Virus record (IMG/VR): IMGVR_UViG_3300042878_002532
Coordinates: 1-64,000 of that record
Length of the DNA stretch: 64,000 nt
Reading direction: 5' to 3' (one strand)
Origin: a virus
The notes beneath the pieces were generated by a model. That model was given only the letters and a program-made list of their open reading frames with translations, was not told the DNA's origin and searched no databases. Shown here in pieces: positions 45,753 through 54,325 of the stretch. The position numbers and the translations under genes were made by a program. Each line of letters starts with the position of its first letter. Position 1 is the stretch's first letter.

Positions 45753-46109
45753 ATGATTAAATTTAGACTAAAAGAAGATTGGTATTTAGAGGATTTCTTT
45801 GATAAAGTAAAGATATACGACGCTGGTCATATCTTCTCACCAAAAGAAGACGGCAAATACATAATCAATGGACTCAATGGTGGCAAGATGTTGATGTCTT
45901 TTGATGATATGTTGAAAGCAACTAACAATGATGTGCTTCTTTTTGAGACAATAAACGAACAAGAAATAGAGCTTACTATAGAGGAAGTTCCAGAGGATAA
46001 AGATAATGAAGTAAAGAACTGGAGAATTCAGTTGGATGTAAAGACATCTCTAAAAAATCTTAAAAAAATAGAAGTTTTCATAAAAGAAAACATACAGGAA
46101 ATGCTATGA
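45753..46109 (+). CDS. Hypothetical protein
   Basis: Met at 45753 lies downstream of TAATATATA at 45724. Confidence 0.7.
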   Translation: MIKFRLKEDWYLEDFFDKVKIYDAGHIFSPKEDGKYIINGLNGGKMLMSFDDMLKATNNDVLLFETINEQEIELTIEEVPEDKDNEVKNWRIQLDVKTSLKNLKKIEVFIKENIQEML

Positions 46110-47191
46110 AGATAAATACAGCAAACGTAACTTATTCTTCTATCGTTCAGATAGGAGAAAACATCAACAAAATAGAGAAGGAGACTGGTGATAAATATTT
46201 GAAACTACACCGAGGTGTGATGGATGTCACTACATTAGATATCGATTCTTTGAATTTGAATCTTGACCTTAATAATGGAAAGACTCAACAATATAGTGGT
46301 AATGATGGAAGTCCTGAATTGATTGAGACTATAAAAGAAGAGTTTGGATTAGAAGGACATGTTATTATAACACCTGGTGGAATGGCGGGATTGGATTTAC
46401 TAATCAACTCTTTAGGTGATGAAACAATCTGGATTCCAAACTATCACTGGGGATCTTGGAATAAGATACTTACTACACACGGAAAAGAAATAAAAACTTT
46501 TGATGATTTTAAAATTGATGAATTCTCACCAAGGTCAGGTACGGTTATGCTTTGTTATCCATCAAACCCAACTGGATATTGTCCTGATGTGGAAGTAATC
46601 AAAAACTTTTTGGCTAGGTCTAAAGATGTTGGGGTTACTGTTGTGTTGGATCTTCCATATTACTATTTGTTTAGTGATATGAATGATAATCTATCTGATT
46701 TCTTTTTTGATAACGTGATTGTTGTTTCATCTTTTTCAAAATCTATTGGTCTTTCAGGATACAGAGTTGGATATATCTCTACTAAAAACGAGGCGTTGTA
46801 TCAAACATTAAGAATAAGATCGTTGTACAAATACAATTCTATTTCTACTCTTCCACAGTATATAGTAAACGAACTTCTTAAAGAAAAAGTAGCAATAACT
46901 GAATATAGAAAAAAAACGGTAGATAGTATCAAAAAGAATATAATGGTTCTTGAAATGAATGGTCTATTATTCGATGAGTATCCACAGATACCTACTGGAC
47001 CTTTCGCGGTTGTGAACATTTCTTATGACGAACTTTTGAAGAATAAGATTTCAAGTGTTCCTTTAAGTAAGTTTACTTTGAACAAACAACTAAAACATGA
47101 AAATTGTAGTAGGATATCGGTGGCGGTCGACCATAAAGTCTTTTGGGAGTATTTTGAAAAGATGCTTGTAAACGAAAAAATCACTCTTTAA
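46106..47191 (+). CDS. PLP-dependent aminotransferase class I/II
   Basis: YPSNPTG, DLPY, SFSKSIGLSGYRVG (PLP lysine), RIS. Confidence 0.9.
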   Translation: MKINTANVTYSSIVQIGENINKIEKETGDKYLKLHRGVMDVTTLDIDSLNLNLDLNNGKTQQYSGNDGSPELIETIKEEFGLEGHVIITPGGMAGLDLLINSLGDETIWIPNYHWGSWNKILTTHGKEIKTFDDFKIDEFSPRSGTVMLCYPSNPTGYCPDVEVIKNFLARSKDVGVTVVLDLPYYYLFSDMNDNLSDFFFDNVIVVSSFSKSIGLSGYRVGYISTKNEALYQTLRIRSLYKYNSISTLPQYIVNELLKEKVAITEYRKKTVDSIKKNIMVLEMNGLLFDEYPQIPTGPFAVVNISYDELLKNKISSVPLSKFTLNKQLKHENCSRISVAVDHKVFWEYFEKMLVNEKITL

Positions 47192-47204
47192 GAGTGATTT
47201 TTTT
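47175..47204. terminator. Bidirectional intrinsic terminator
   Basis: AAAAAATCACTCTT-T-AAGAGTGATTTTTT. Confidence 0.85.
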
Positions 47205-47469
47205 ATTTGAATTTAGTTATCATTTTTATCGTTCTGGTCGGAACTGTTATGCGAGGATAGCCAGTATTCTCCGGCTTTCTTATATAGGTCATTCCGTCTC
47301 TTCTTGAATCCGCCTCCACGCATAGGTATACGGTTCCGTCTTCTAGCTCTACTTTCGTGTCCACTACATTGAGATCGTAGTTTATTTCACGTACCCATAT
47401 CCATACGAGCGCCGCGAATATGCACGCACCTATTGTTGCACCTATTGTTCTAAATATATCATTTTCCAT
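47203..47469 (-). CDS. Small membrane-anchored protein
   Basis: N-terminal TM helix. Confidence 0.65.
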   Translation of the reverse strand: MENDIFRTIGATIGACIFAALVWIWVREINYDLNVVDTKVELEDGTVYLCVEADSRRDGMTYIRKPENTGYPRITVPTRTIKMITKFK

Positions 47470-47470
47470 A

Positions 47471-47965
47471 TTATCTTCCTAAGTAGTTCATTAGTTCAAT
47501 CATATTCTTTATAGAATATCCGAATGCTTCTAAGTTTTTTACAGTATCTCTAAGAAAAGTAATGTAGGATTCAATCAACTCAATACATCTATCATTTTCT
47601 GCGATGTGTGCATCGATAAGTATTGCTTTCTCTCCCATATTAGTCTTTACTTGAAATCCGATTGCGTAGAATACAAACTTATCTTGTCTCAACTTTTTAA
47701 TCTTTGTTGTTTCCTTACTTCTTTTGTTTAAGAAGAAATTTATATTTTCGTTTATTTGTTGTCTAAACGATAAAGCAGTAGATTGTGCCTCTAATATGTA
47801 TTTAGAATTGGATGGATTTGAAAGATCCGTAGTAAGAGCCTTGAAAAGTGGCTCTACTTGTTTATTCCATTCTGCTCTTTTGTCATTGAAAAGTTCTTCC
47901 AATCTTTCATTGGTTTCTTTTGTCTTTTGTATTCTGTCTAGTTCTTCTTGATTATAAAGATTCAT
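47471..47965 (-). CDS. uvsY: UvsY-like recombination mediator
   Basis: Helical protein ending FLRDTVKNLEAFGYSIKNMIELMNY, resembling the UvsY C-terminus. Confidence 0.6.
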   Translation of the reverse strand: MNLYNQEELDRIQKTKETNERLEELFNDKRAEWNKQVEPLFKALTTDLSNPSNSKYILEAQSTALSFRQQINENINFFLNKRSKETTKIKKLRQDKFVFYAIGFQVKTNMGEKAILIDAHIAENDRCIELIESYITFLRDTVKNLEAFGYSIKNMIELMNYLGR

Positions 47966-48380
47966 CTTCGTCTGGTAATATTTTTCTCATCTTCCATTCT
48001 CTATGGATGTTTTTGTTGAAGCAGCTTGACAAAGAGTTTTCAATCATCTCTCTGAAATTAGTCTTTAAGTTATTACTTATATATTCTTCTATGATGTCAC
48101 ACCATTTATCTAAAAGTTCTTTGTCTTCTATGGCTATTGTTGATACATCGGTATTTTCGGAAGAAAAGAATATACATTCGTTTCTTCTATCAAAATGTAT
48201 TGAAAGCCTTCCTGATATAGTTCCCCAATGGTTATTTGTTTGTGACTTTGGTTCTGTATCTATGTCGAAGCTTATCCAATAGTTTTTATGGCCGTATTTT
48301 ATGTCTTTTTGTATCGTCACACGCTCATCATCTTTATGTTTCATCATAAAAGTAATGAACTCATCTATTTCTTCTCTCAT
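47952..48380 (-). CDS. Hypothetical protein with C-terminal REWKMRKIL tag
   Basis: 142 aa behind AAAC-N16-TATACA. Confidence 0.7.
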   Translation of the reverse strand: MREEIDEFITFMMKHKDDERVTIQKDIKYGHKNYWISFDIDTEPKSQTNNHWGTISGRLSIHFDRRNECIFFSSENTDVSTIAIEDKELLDKWCDIIEEYISNNLKTNFREMIENSLSSCFNKNIHREWKMRKILPDEDESL

Positions 48381-48436
48381 CGTTCAGATATTTGTTTTTG
48401 TACCTTATTGTATAGAAATATATAGTGATTGTTTAC

Positions 48437-48463
48437 AAAAAAACCTCTCGATTTGAGAGGTTT
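48437..48463 (-). terminator. Intrinsic terminator
   Basis: AAACCTCTC..GAGAGGTTT with a minus-strand T run. Confidence 0.75.
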
Positions 48464-48466
48464 TGA

Positions 48467-49195
48467 TTATTTGTAGGCTAAATTTATTGTCTCACCTGCG
48501 TATTTTCCGGTGAGTGCATTTTGGTACTCTACTATTTTATAGCTCACCATCTTCGAACCCTGTTCTGCTAGATTTAACAAATATTGTATTGATTGATTTC
48601 TTTCTTCACCAGGTGTCATATTCTTTATCTCTTCTGCGTTCTGCTGAACAACTTTCATCGCTGAGTTTGCCAAGTCTGTCACTTGTTTTCCAAAGATTGG
48701 ATTGTCTACCGATCCTCCTTTTTTCAATTGAAACAAATATGCTTGTGCTTTCATAAGAAGACCATCATCGTATTTTCCGGATCCTTCGGACTGAAGTCTT
48801 TTCAGGAATCCAATTGCGGCATCCATTACTCCTTCCGGTGGTGTAGCTTGTTTAGTCGCTGCTGCAGAACATAGAACAAAGAATAAAACTATTAGAATAA
48901 GTGTTATGATTATAGTTCTAAATAAGGCAGGGTGCTTTTCTTTGAAACTTTTTATCTTATCCAGTACCTTGTCGAAGAACTTTTTGACGAGACTAAGTGC
49001 CATCAATCCTTTCTCCATCAGTGTCAACATAAGATTTCTTATAGAATCGTTTATCTTTTCAAAGAAGTCTCCTATCTTTTTCATCCAATCCGTAAATCCT
49101 TCGTTTATAGAATCAAAATTACATAACTCATCAAGAGCTGCAAAAGTTCTTTGTTCATTTATCGAAAAGGATTCAAAATTGTTTAGATGTTTCAT
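48467..49195 (-). CDS. CTS-bearing protein with an internal TM helix
   Basis: MKHLNNFESFSINE..SINEG; TM TIIITLILIVLFFVLC. Confidence 0.75.
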   Translation of the reverse strand: MKHLNNFESFSINEQRTFAALDELCNFDSINEGFTDWMKKIGDFFEKINDSIRNLMLTLMEKGLMALSLVKKFFDKVLDKIKSFKEKHPALFRTIIITLILIVLFFVLCSAAATKQATPPEGVMDAAIGFLKRLQSEGSGKYDDGLLMKAQAYLFQLKKGGSVDNPIFGKQVTDLANSAMKVVQQNAEEIKNMTPGEERNQSIQYLLNLAEQGSKMVSYKIVEYQNALTGKYAGETINLAYK

Positions 49196-49791
49196 TATTT
49201 AATATCTTTTGATTCTATTAAAGTATATGTAAATGAGTTACCATGAAGTTTCGCTGCTTTCTTACAGATTTTCATAAACTCATCAAAGTCTTTAACTCTT
49301 TTGAATACTTGACAACCTTCTGACCAGTTTTCAACCCATGTTGAATCTTGTCCAGCTTTATGAATGTTGATACCATATAAACCTTCTGTGATTTTGTTTT
49401 CATCGTAGTTTAAGTCTTTGTTTGCATCTCTGTAAACTTTAACATTTTTAGCTTGACCTAATGCTTCGTATTTACCTTGGTGTAATCTGATTGTATGTGA
49501 ACCTCTATATTGATTTGGTACTAATCTAGCTACTCCGTCTTTGTTATGAAATTCCATAACTCCTTTTTTACCTGGATCTGTTGTTGCTGCCCAAATAAAA
49601 AACTTCCATTCACCATTTTCTTTAAATGATATTGTAAGATTATCATCAAATACATTTGTTACTTTTGTTCCTGTAGATGAGTTTCTTACTCCAACGATAT
49701 TTACATCGTATCCTTTGTTTGCCGCATCGTCGAACCATACATATCCTTTTGATTTAACTGCAGCCTCGATTTGTTCTCTTGTATAAGACAT
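49195..49791 (-). CDS. L,D-transpeptidase/YkuD-like peptidoglycan enzyme (putative lysin)
   Basis: GINIH...NWSEGCQV (His/Cys pattern HxnSxGC). Confidence 0.65.
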   Translation of the reverse strand: MSYTREQIEAAVKSKGYVWFDDAANKGYDVNIVGVRNSSTGTKVTNVFDDNLTISFKENGEWKFFIWAATTDPGKKGVMEFHNKDGVARLVPNQYRGSHTIRLHQGKYEALGQAKNVKVYRDANKDLNYDENKITEGLYGINIHKAGQDSTWVENWSEGCQVFKRVKDFDEFMKICKKAAKLHGNSFTYTLIESKDIK

Positions 49792-49808
49792 TTTTTAAAT
49801 GTTATTTT

Positions 49809-50168
49809 TTATAGGCTAAAATCTTCAAAGCCTTTTATGTTTTCATCATCTCTATGTCTAGCATCATGTTCTGAGTGAGATGATTCTGGTCCACCTAATA
49901 GTGGTTTTTCTTCGTGATGTTCTTCTTCATGCTCTTCTGAATGACCTGCAAGAAAGTTGAATACTTCTTCTACATCATCCTTAGATGTTGCAATGTGGTC
50001 TAATGCCCAGTTGTGGCCGTTTGTAAGCATAGCGTCAACTTCTGCTTCATCCATTTCTAACATCTCATCAACTAATCTTTTGATTGTTTTAAGATTACCA
50101 AAGAACATATAATTTTGAGGACCACCATCATGGTCTTCTTTAAATAGTTTAAATTTTTTGATTTCCAT
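49809..50168 (-). CDS. Acidic His-rich protein, CTS-like at both ends
   Basis: MEIKKFKLFKE ... IKGFEDFSL. Confidence 0.7.
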   Translation of the reverse strand: MEIKKFKLFKEDHDGGPQNYMFFGNLKTIKRLVDEMLEMDEAEVDAMLTNGHNWALDHIATSKDDVEEVFNFLAGHSEEHEEEHHEEKPLLGGPESSHSEHDARHRDDENIKGFEDFSL

Positions 50169-50179
50169 ATCGTTTACTT

Positions 50180-51340
50180 TTATTTTAGAATGTTTACTAC
50201 TTCTGGGTAGTATTTGCATATATTTTGATTCTTTCCTTCATAAGGAATGGCTGAAAGTGCGTATCTCATAGCATTTAATCTTCCAATCTTTTTGTCGTTT
50301 GAGTTTATTATAACCCAAGGTGTAGTCCTACTTGATGTAAGGTTGAACATCTGATTTTTGTAGTGTCCGATTATCTCCCATTTATCAACAACTTTGGCGT
50401 CATTCGGTGAGAACTTCCAGTATTTCAAAGGACTTTGTTGTCTTAAATCGAATCTTTTTAGTTGTTTTTCTTTGGTAATAGAGAACCAGAACTTAATAAG
50501 GTGAAGACCTTGTTTCTTTATCATTTTCTCTTCCCAATCTACCACTTTTTCCATGAAGTCTTTGTACTGATCTTCTGTACAATAACCCATTGCTGGTTCT
50601 ACTACTGCTCTGTTGTACCAAGATCTATCAAAGAATACTATTTCTCCTTCTTTAGGCATGTGTGCCTCATATCTAGCGAACCAGTTTTCTTTCTCTTCTG
50701 GAGTTGGAAGTCCTAAAGCAACTACTCTGAATCCTTTTGGATTTAAGTATTCGACGAATCTTTTTATTGTAGAACCTTTTCCTGCAGAGTCTCGTCCTTC
50801 GAATACTATAGCTATTCTCTTACCGTTCTTCAGAACCCATTCTTGAAGTTTCATAAGCTCTACTTGTATCTGATATTTCTCTGATTCGTATTCTTTTCTA
50901 GTAAGTATAGATCTCTCACCTTCGAACTCATCAAAGTGTTGAGCCTGAGCACCAGTTTTAATAACTGATATCCTGTTATCTATAGATTTGGCGAAGTCAT
51001 CAAACTGTTTTCTTATGTTACTTTTGGTATCTCTTCTTTTGAGTTCCATAAGTTGATTTATCTTCCTAAGAAGTGTGTCGATGTTTAAGTCTTGTACGAC
51101 CTCTGGAGTGAACTCGTTGTTAAGTTCTCTCATTATTATATCTACTTCGATTTTTTCAAAGGATTTGTATTCTACTTTGTTTGTTTGAAAGTTGTAGACA
51201 ATATTGTCCAATATAGAACTTTTATACTCTCCAAGTCTTGTCAGTATGTTCCTTTTTATCTGTTCGATATTTTCGGGATCCATCTTGTCAATCCTAAGCT
51301 CTTCTTTTATAAAATCCAAGAATTTACGTAAATTCTTCAT
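50180..51340 (-). CDS. ppk2: Polyphosphate kinase 2 with N-terminal CTS-bearing extension
   Basis: FEGRDSAGKG, FDRSWYNR, PLKYWKFSPND; start MKNLRKFLDFIKEE after TAATATATA at 51361(-). Confidence 0.93.
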   Translation of the reverse strand: MKNLRKFLDFIKEELRIDKMDPENIEQIKRNILTRLGEYKSSILDNIVYNFQTNKVEYKSFEKIEVDIIMRELNNEFTPEVVQDLNIDTLLRKINQLMELKRRDTKSNIRKQFDDFAKSIDNRISVIKTGAQAQHFDEFEGERSILTRKEYESEKYQIQVELMKLQEWVLKNGKRIAIVFEGRDSAGKGSTIKRFVEYLNPKGFRVVALGLPTPEEKENWFARYEAHMPKEGEIVFFDRSWYNRAVVEPAMGYCTEDQYKDFMEKVVDWEEKMIKKQGLHLIKFWFSITKEKQLKRFDLRQQSPLKYWKFSPNDAKVVDKWEIIGHYKNQMFNLTSSRTTPWVIINSNDKKIGRLNAMRYALSAIPYEGKNQNICKYYPEVVNILK

Positions 51341-51380
51341 ATATTTAGAATATTTTCTTTTATATATTAAAAGTGAAAAG

Positions 51381-52283
51381 CTAAAGTTTTTTCTCAAATA
51401 GATAAAGGTCGTATAAAGTATTTCCTTTTACGTTCTTTATACTTTTAAGAACTTGTCCGGTAACAGAATCAAGCACTTTGAATACTCCTATTTGTTGATT
51501 TTTATCAGTCTGAATTTTCACAGTATTTCCTGGTTGACCCAAAGCCCCTAATACTGCAACATATTTGTTTCCATATACACTTTTTAAAAACGATACTCTT
51601 AAAGTATTTGTATCTTTAATGTTGTTTATATAAGCGTTATCCATTACTTTTGTTAAATCTAACTGACTTTCAGTTTCTTTTACTACTATGGTCGCGAATT
51701 TTCTTTCTTCACCACCTAAAGTAATTTCTTCTCTGTTCTGAATTTTGTTTTGGTTTACAAGGTTTTGTTGGTTTCTTCTAATCTCACTAAAATCTGCTTT
51801 AGCTATTATACCACCTCTCATACCTTTATCATTCATATTATAACCTGCAGGGGCTAATCTGTAGAACGATCCAGTAAAAGTCATAGAAAGTATTCTATCT
51901 GTTCTAAAAAGTCTCCAGATCTTGTTTATGTGTCTTTTCTGAGACACCGACCATCCGTTTAGATGCCAACCTCTCAATAAAGTTTTGCCTTTTGAAGACC
52001 TCCCAATCACCATTGGGTATATAACTCGCTCATGGCCAGCAAAATGCGTATCTTCTTCTCCTTTGTAGTTGAGTAGGAAGATCATTCCGTATTTGATTGC
52101 CTTTATCATAGTCTGCTCGTTGTACTTGATAGGTTCGTTGATAGGTATATTGGCGATGTCTTTTACATTCTTCAATGAAAATCTAGGTATGAACTCATTG
52201 TCCTCTATAAGTTCGTATCGTTCTTTAACGACGAATTCTACAGGCTTTGTATTGTAATATGCTTTTGTTTGCGCTAGGTTCAT
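51381..52283 (-). CDS. WYL-domain-containing protein
   Basis: LNYKG..ERVIYPMVIG..LLRGWH..WRLFRTDRILS. Confidence 0.7.
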   Translation of the reverse strand: MNLAQTKAYYNTKPVEFVVKERYELIEDNEFIPRFSLKNVKDIANIPINEPIKYNEQTMIKAIKYGMIFLLNYKGEEDTHFAGHERVIYPMVIGRSSKGKTLLRGWHLNGWSVSQKRHINKIWRLFRTDRILSMTFTGSFYRLAPAGYNMNDKGMRGGIIAKADFSEIRRNQQNLVNQNKIQNREEITLGGEERKFATIVVKETESQLDLTKVMDNAYINNIKDTNTLRVSFLKSVYGNKYVAVLGALGQPGNTVKIQTDKNQQIGVFKVLDSVTGQVLKSIKNVKGNTLYDLYLFEKKL

Positions 52284-52334
52284 AAAGTATATATTTAATT
52301 ATATTCTATATATTAAATGTGAATGACGCAAAAT

Positions 52335-52370
52335 AAAAAAGCGAGGTCACATTTGATGTGCCTCGCTTTT
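52335..52370. terminator. Intrinsic terminator
   Basis: AAAAGCGAGG(T)CACAT-TTG-ATGTGCCTCGCTTTT. Confidence 0.75.
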
Positions 52371-52400
52371 CCAACATTCTGTTGTAACCTTCTGTGGTGA

Positions 52401-52571
52401 TTACTTAACTACAGTAGTATCTACTGAAACGGTAGATGCCGGAACAGCTGTAGTATCTACAGCAGCCTCAACGGCAGTCGTGTCAGTATTTGCAGCTTCT
52501 CCCTCAGGAGTCTTGCCACCGCAAGATGCAAGTACCACAGATGTGATTACTAAAAACAATGCTTTTTTCAT
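52401..52571 (-). CDS. Small lipoprotein with three DTT motifs
   Basis: Signal peptide II MKKALFLVITSVVLAS-C. Confidence 0.8.
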   Translation of the reverse strand: MKKALFLVITSVVLASCGGKTPEGEAANTDTTAVEAAVDTTAVPASTVSVDTTVVK

Positions 52572-52683
52572 AATTTTCTGTCTTGTTATTTTTTGTGAGA
52601 TGTATATATCCAATTGAAGATTTTGTTTAGAAAAAGAAAAAATATATTTAATATATACATATACAAGAAAATAATTCTAAGAA

Positions 52684-53394
52684 ATGTCAATAAAAAGTAG
52701 AGAAGATGCAAACAAATATTATCAAATCGTAAACGAGTTGGTAGACGAATACATGTCAAAGGGTAAAATCAGACCTTCTAATCTTAAAAGATACCTTCAA
52801 CCAGGTAGTGAGAGATTCAAAAAGTTTTTAATAAGAAACAAGTTGAACGAGATAACAGGAATAGACAGAGTTCTTTCTGATGTGATTGAAGATAGAGCCA
52901 ATATGGAATCTGACGGAGTTCTTACATTTGAAAACTTCAAATTCTTTGAATCTGATGAGTTCAAAATTGCTTCTATGAAACAATGTCTTTATAAAGGTAT
53001 TGAAAAAGCGGATCTAAATATGGAAAAAGTATTGGCAGACGTTTTTGATACTAACTTAGGATCGATAGATATAGTAGATCCTGAAAAACATTGTTTTAAA
53101 ATAGAGGATGAAGAAGAAGTTTTCATTTATTCAAAAGAAGACATTGATATAATAGGATTAAATATAATAGATCATCTATATGATGAGCTTTGTAAAAAAG
53201 ATGTTGTACTTGCAGACGACATATCTATGAATCTTTCTGATTTGGTGGGAAAAGAAGCTTTTGAGAAAAAGATGCACGATTTTTTCACAGAAGAATTTTT
53301 ACTAAAACTGATTGGAAAGTTACTTGATTCTGAATACTACAAAGAAGGTGAAAGTGTCGGAAAAGGAAACTACTTTGTTTGGAAAAAACTCTAA
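52684..53394 (+). CDS. Hypothetical protein
   Basis: 236 aa; TAATATATA at 52649; internal VLTFENFKFFE. Confidence 0.75.
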   Translation: MSIKSREDANKYYQIVNELVDEYMSKGKIRPSNLKRYLQPGSERFKKFLIRNKLNEITGIDRVLSDVIEDRANMESDGVLTFENFKFFESDEFKIASMKQCLYKGIEKADLNMEKVLADVFDTNLGSIDIVDPEKHCFKIEDEEEVFIYSKEDIDIIGLNIIDHLYDELCKKDVVLADDISMNLSDLVGKEAFEKKMHDFFTEEFLLKLIGKLLDSEYYKEGESVGKGNYFVWKKL

Positions 53395-53475
53395 AAACAT
53401 GTAACATCATGATATACTAATAACTAATATTTGGTTTTTCTATTTGGATATATAAATCAAAATAAAAATATCAGT

Positions 53476-54291
53476 ATGTTACTAAAAGTAGGATCAAAAG
53501 GAGATGACGTAAAGTCACTTCAGGAAAAGCTGGGACTTACAGCTGACGGCTCGTTCGGACCTGGAACAGAGAAAGCCGTAAAAGAATGGCAAGCAAAAAA
53601 CGGATTGACGGCAGACGGAGTTATCGGTGATAAAAGCTGGCAACTTTTGGCTTTATTCGGAACAAAAAAAGAAGAGGTTGTAATACCTGCAAGTGAATTT
53701 AAGCTTGAGGCATTAAAAGGACATCTTCCGGATTCAGTAATCGCTCAGATTCCTGACACAGCAAAAAAATTCAACATTACAAATGTATTGAGACTATCTC
53801 ACTTCTTGGCACAATGTGGTCATGAGTCTGGTGGATTCAAAGCGGTTTCTGAAAACCTAAACTATTCTTCTGACGGATTGAAAAAAATATTCGGAAAGTA
53901 TTTCCCTGGTGATACTACGGCTTATGCTAGAAACCCGGAAAAGATTGCTTCTAAAGTTTATGCAAACAGAATGGGTAATGGAGACGAAAGTTCTAAAGAA
54001 GGATTCAAATTCAGAGGTAGAGGATATATCCAGTTGACCGGAAAATCAAACTATCAAGGATTCACAAAATTCATTGGAGAGGATTGCGTAGCAAATCCGG
54101 ATTTAGTAGCGACTAAATATCCATTGGCTTCTGCGGCATTCTTTTTTGACTCTAATAAACTATGGTCTATTTGTGATAAAGGTGCAGATGATGCTACCGT
54201 AACTGCAGTTACTAAAAGAGTGAATGGTGGTACTATTGGATTACCGGATAGAATAAAACATTTCAAAGAGTTTTACAACTTACTTAAATAA
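53476..54291 (+). CDS. Endolysin: peptidoglycan-binding domain plus GH19 domain
   Basis: LKVGSKGDDVKSLQ..DGSFGPGT..ADGVIG; HFLAQCGHESGG; FRGRGYIQLTG. Confidence 0.92.
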   Translation: MLLKVGSKGDDVKSLQEKLGLTADGSFGPGTEKAVKEWQAKNGLTADGVIGDKSWQLLALFGTKKEEVVIPASEFKLEALKGHLPDSVIAQIPDTAKKFNITNVLRLSHFLAQCGHESGGFKAVSENLNYSSDGLKKIFGKYFPGDTTAYARNPEKIASKVYANRMGNGDESSKEGFKFRGRGYIQLTGKSNYQGFTKFIGEDCVANPDLVATKYPLASAAFFFDSNKLWSICDKGADDATVTAVTKRVNGGTIGLPDRIKHFKEFYNLLK

Positions 54292-54297
54292 AAAAAG

Positions 54298-54325
54298 AAA
54301 AGAGAGCCACAAAGCTCTCTTTTTT
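54298..54325. terminator. Bidirectional intrinsic terminator
   Basis: AAAAGAGAGC..GCTCTCTTTT. Confidence 0.8.
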
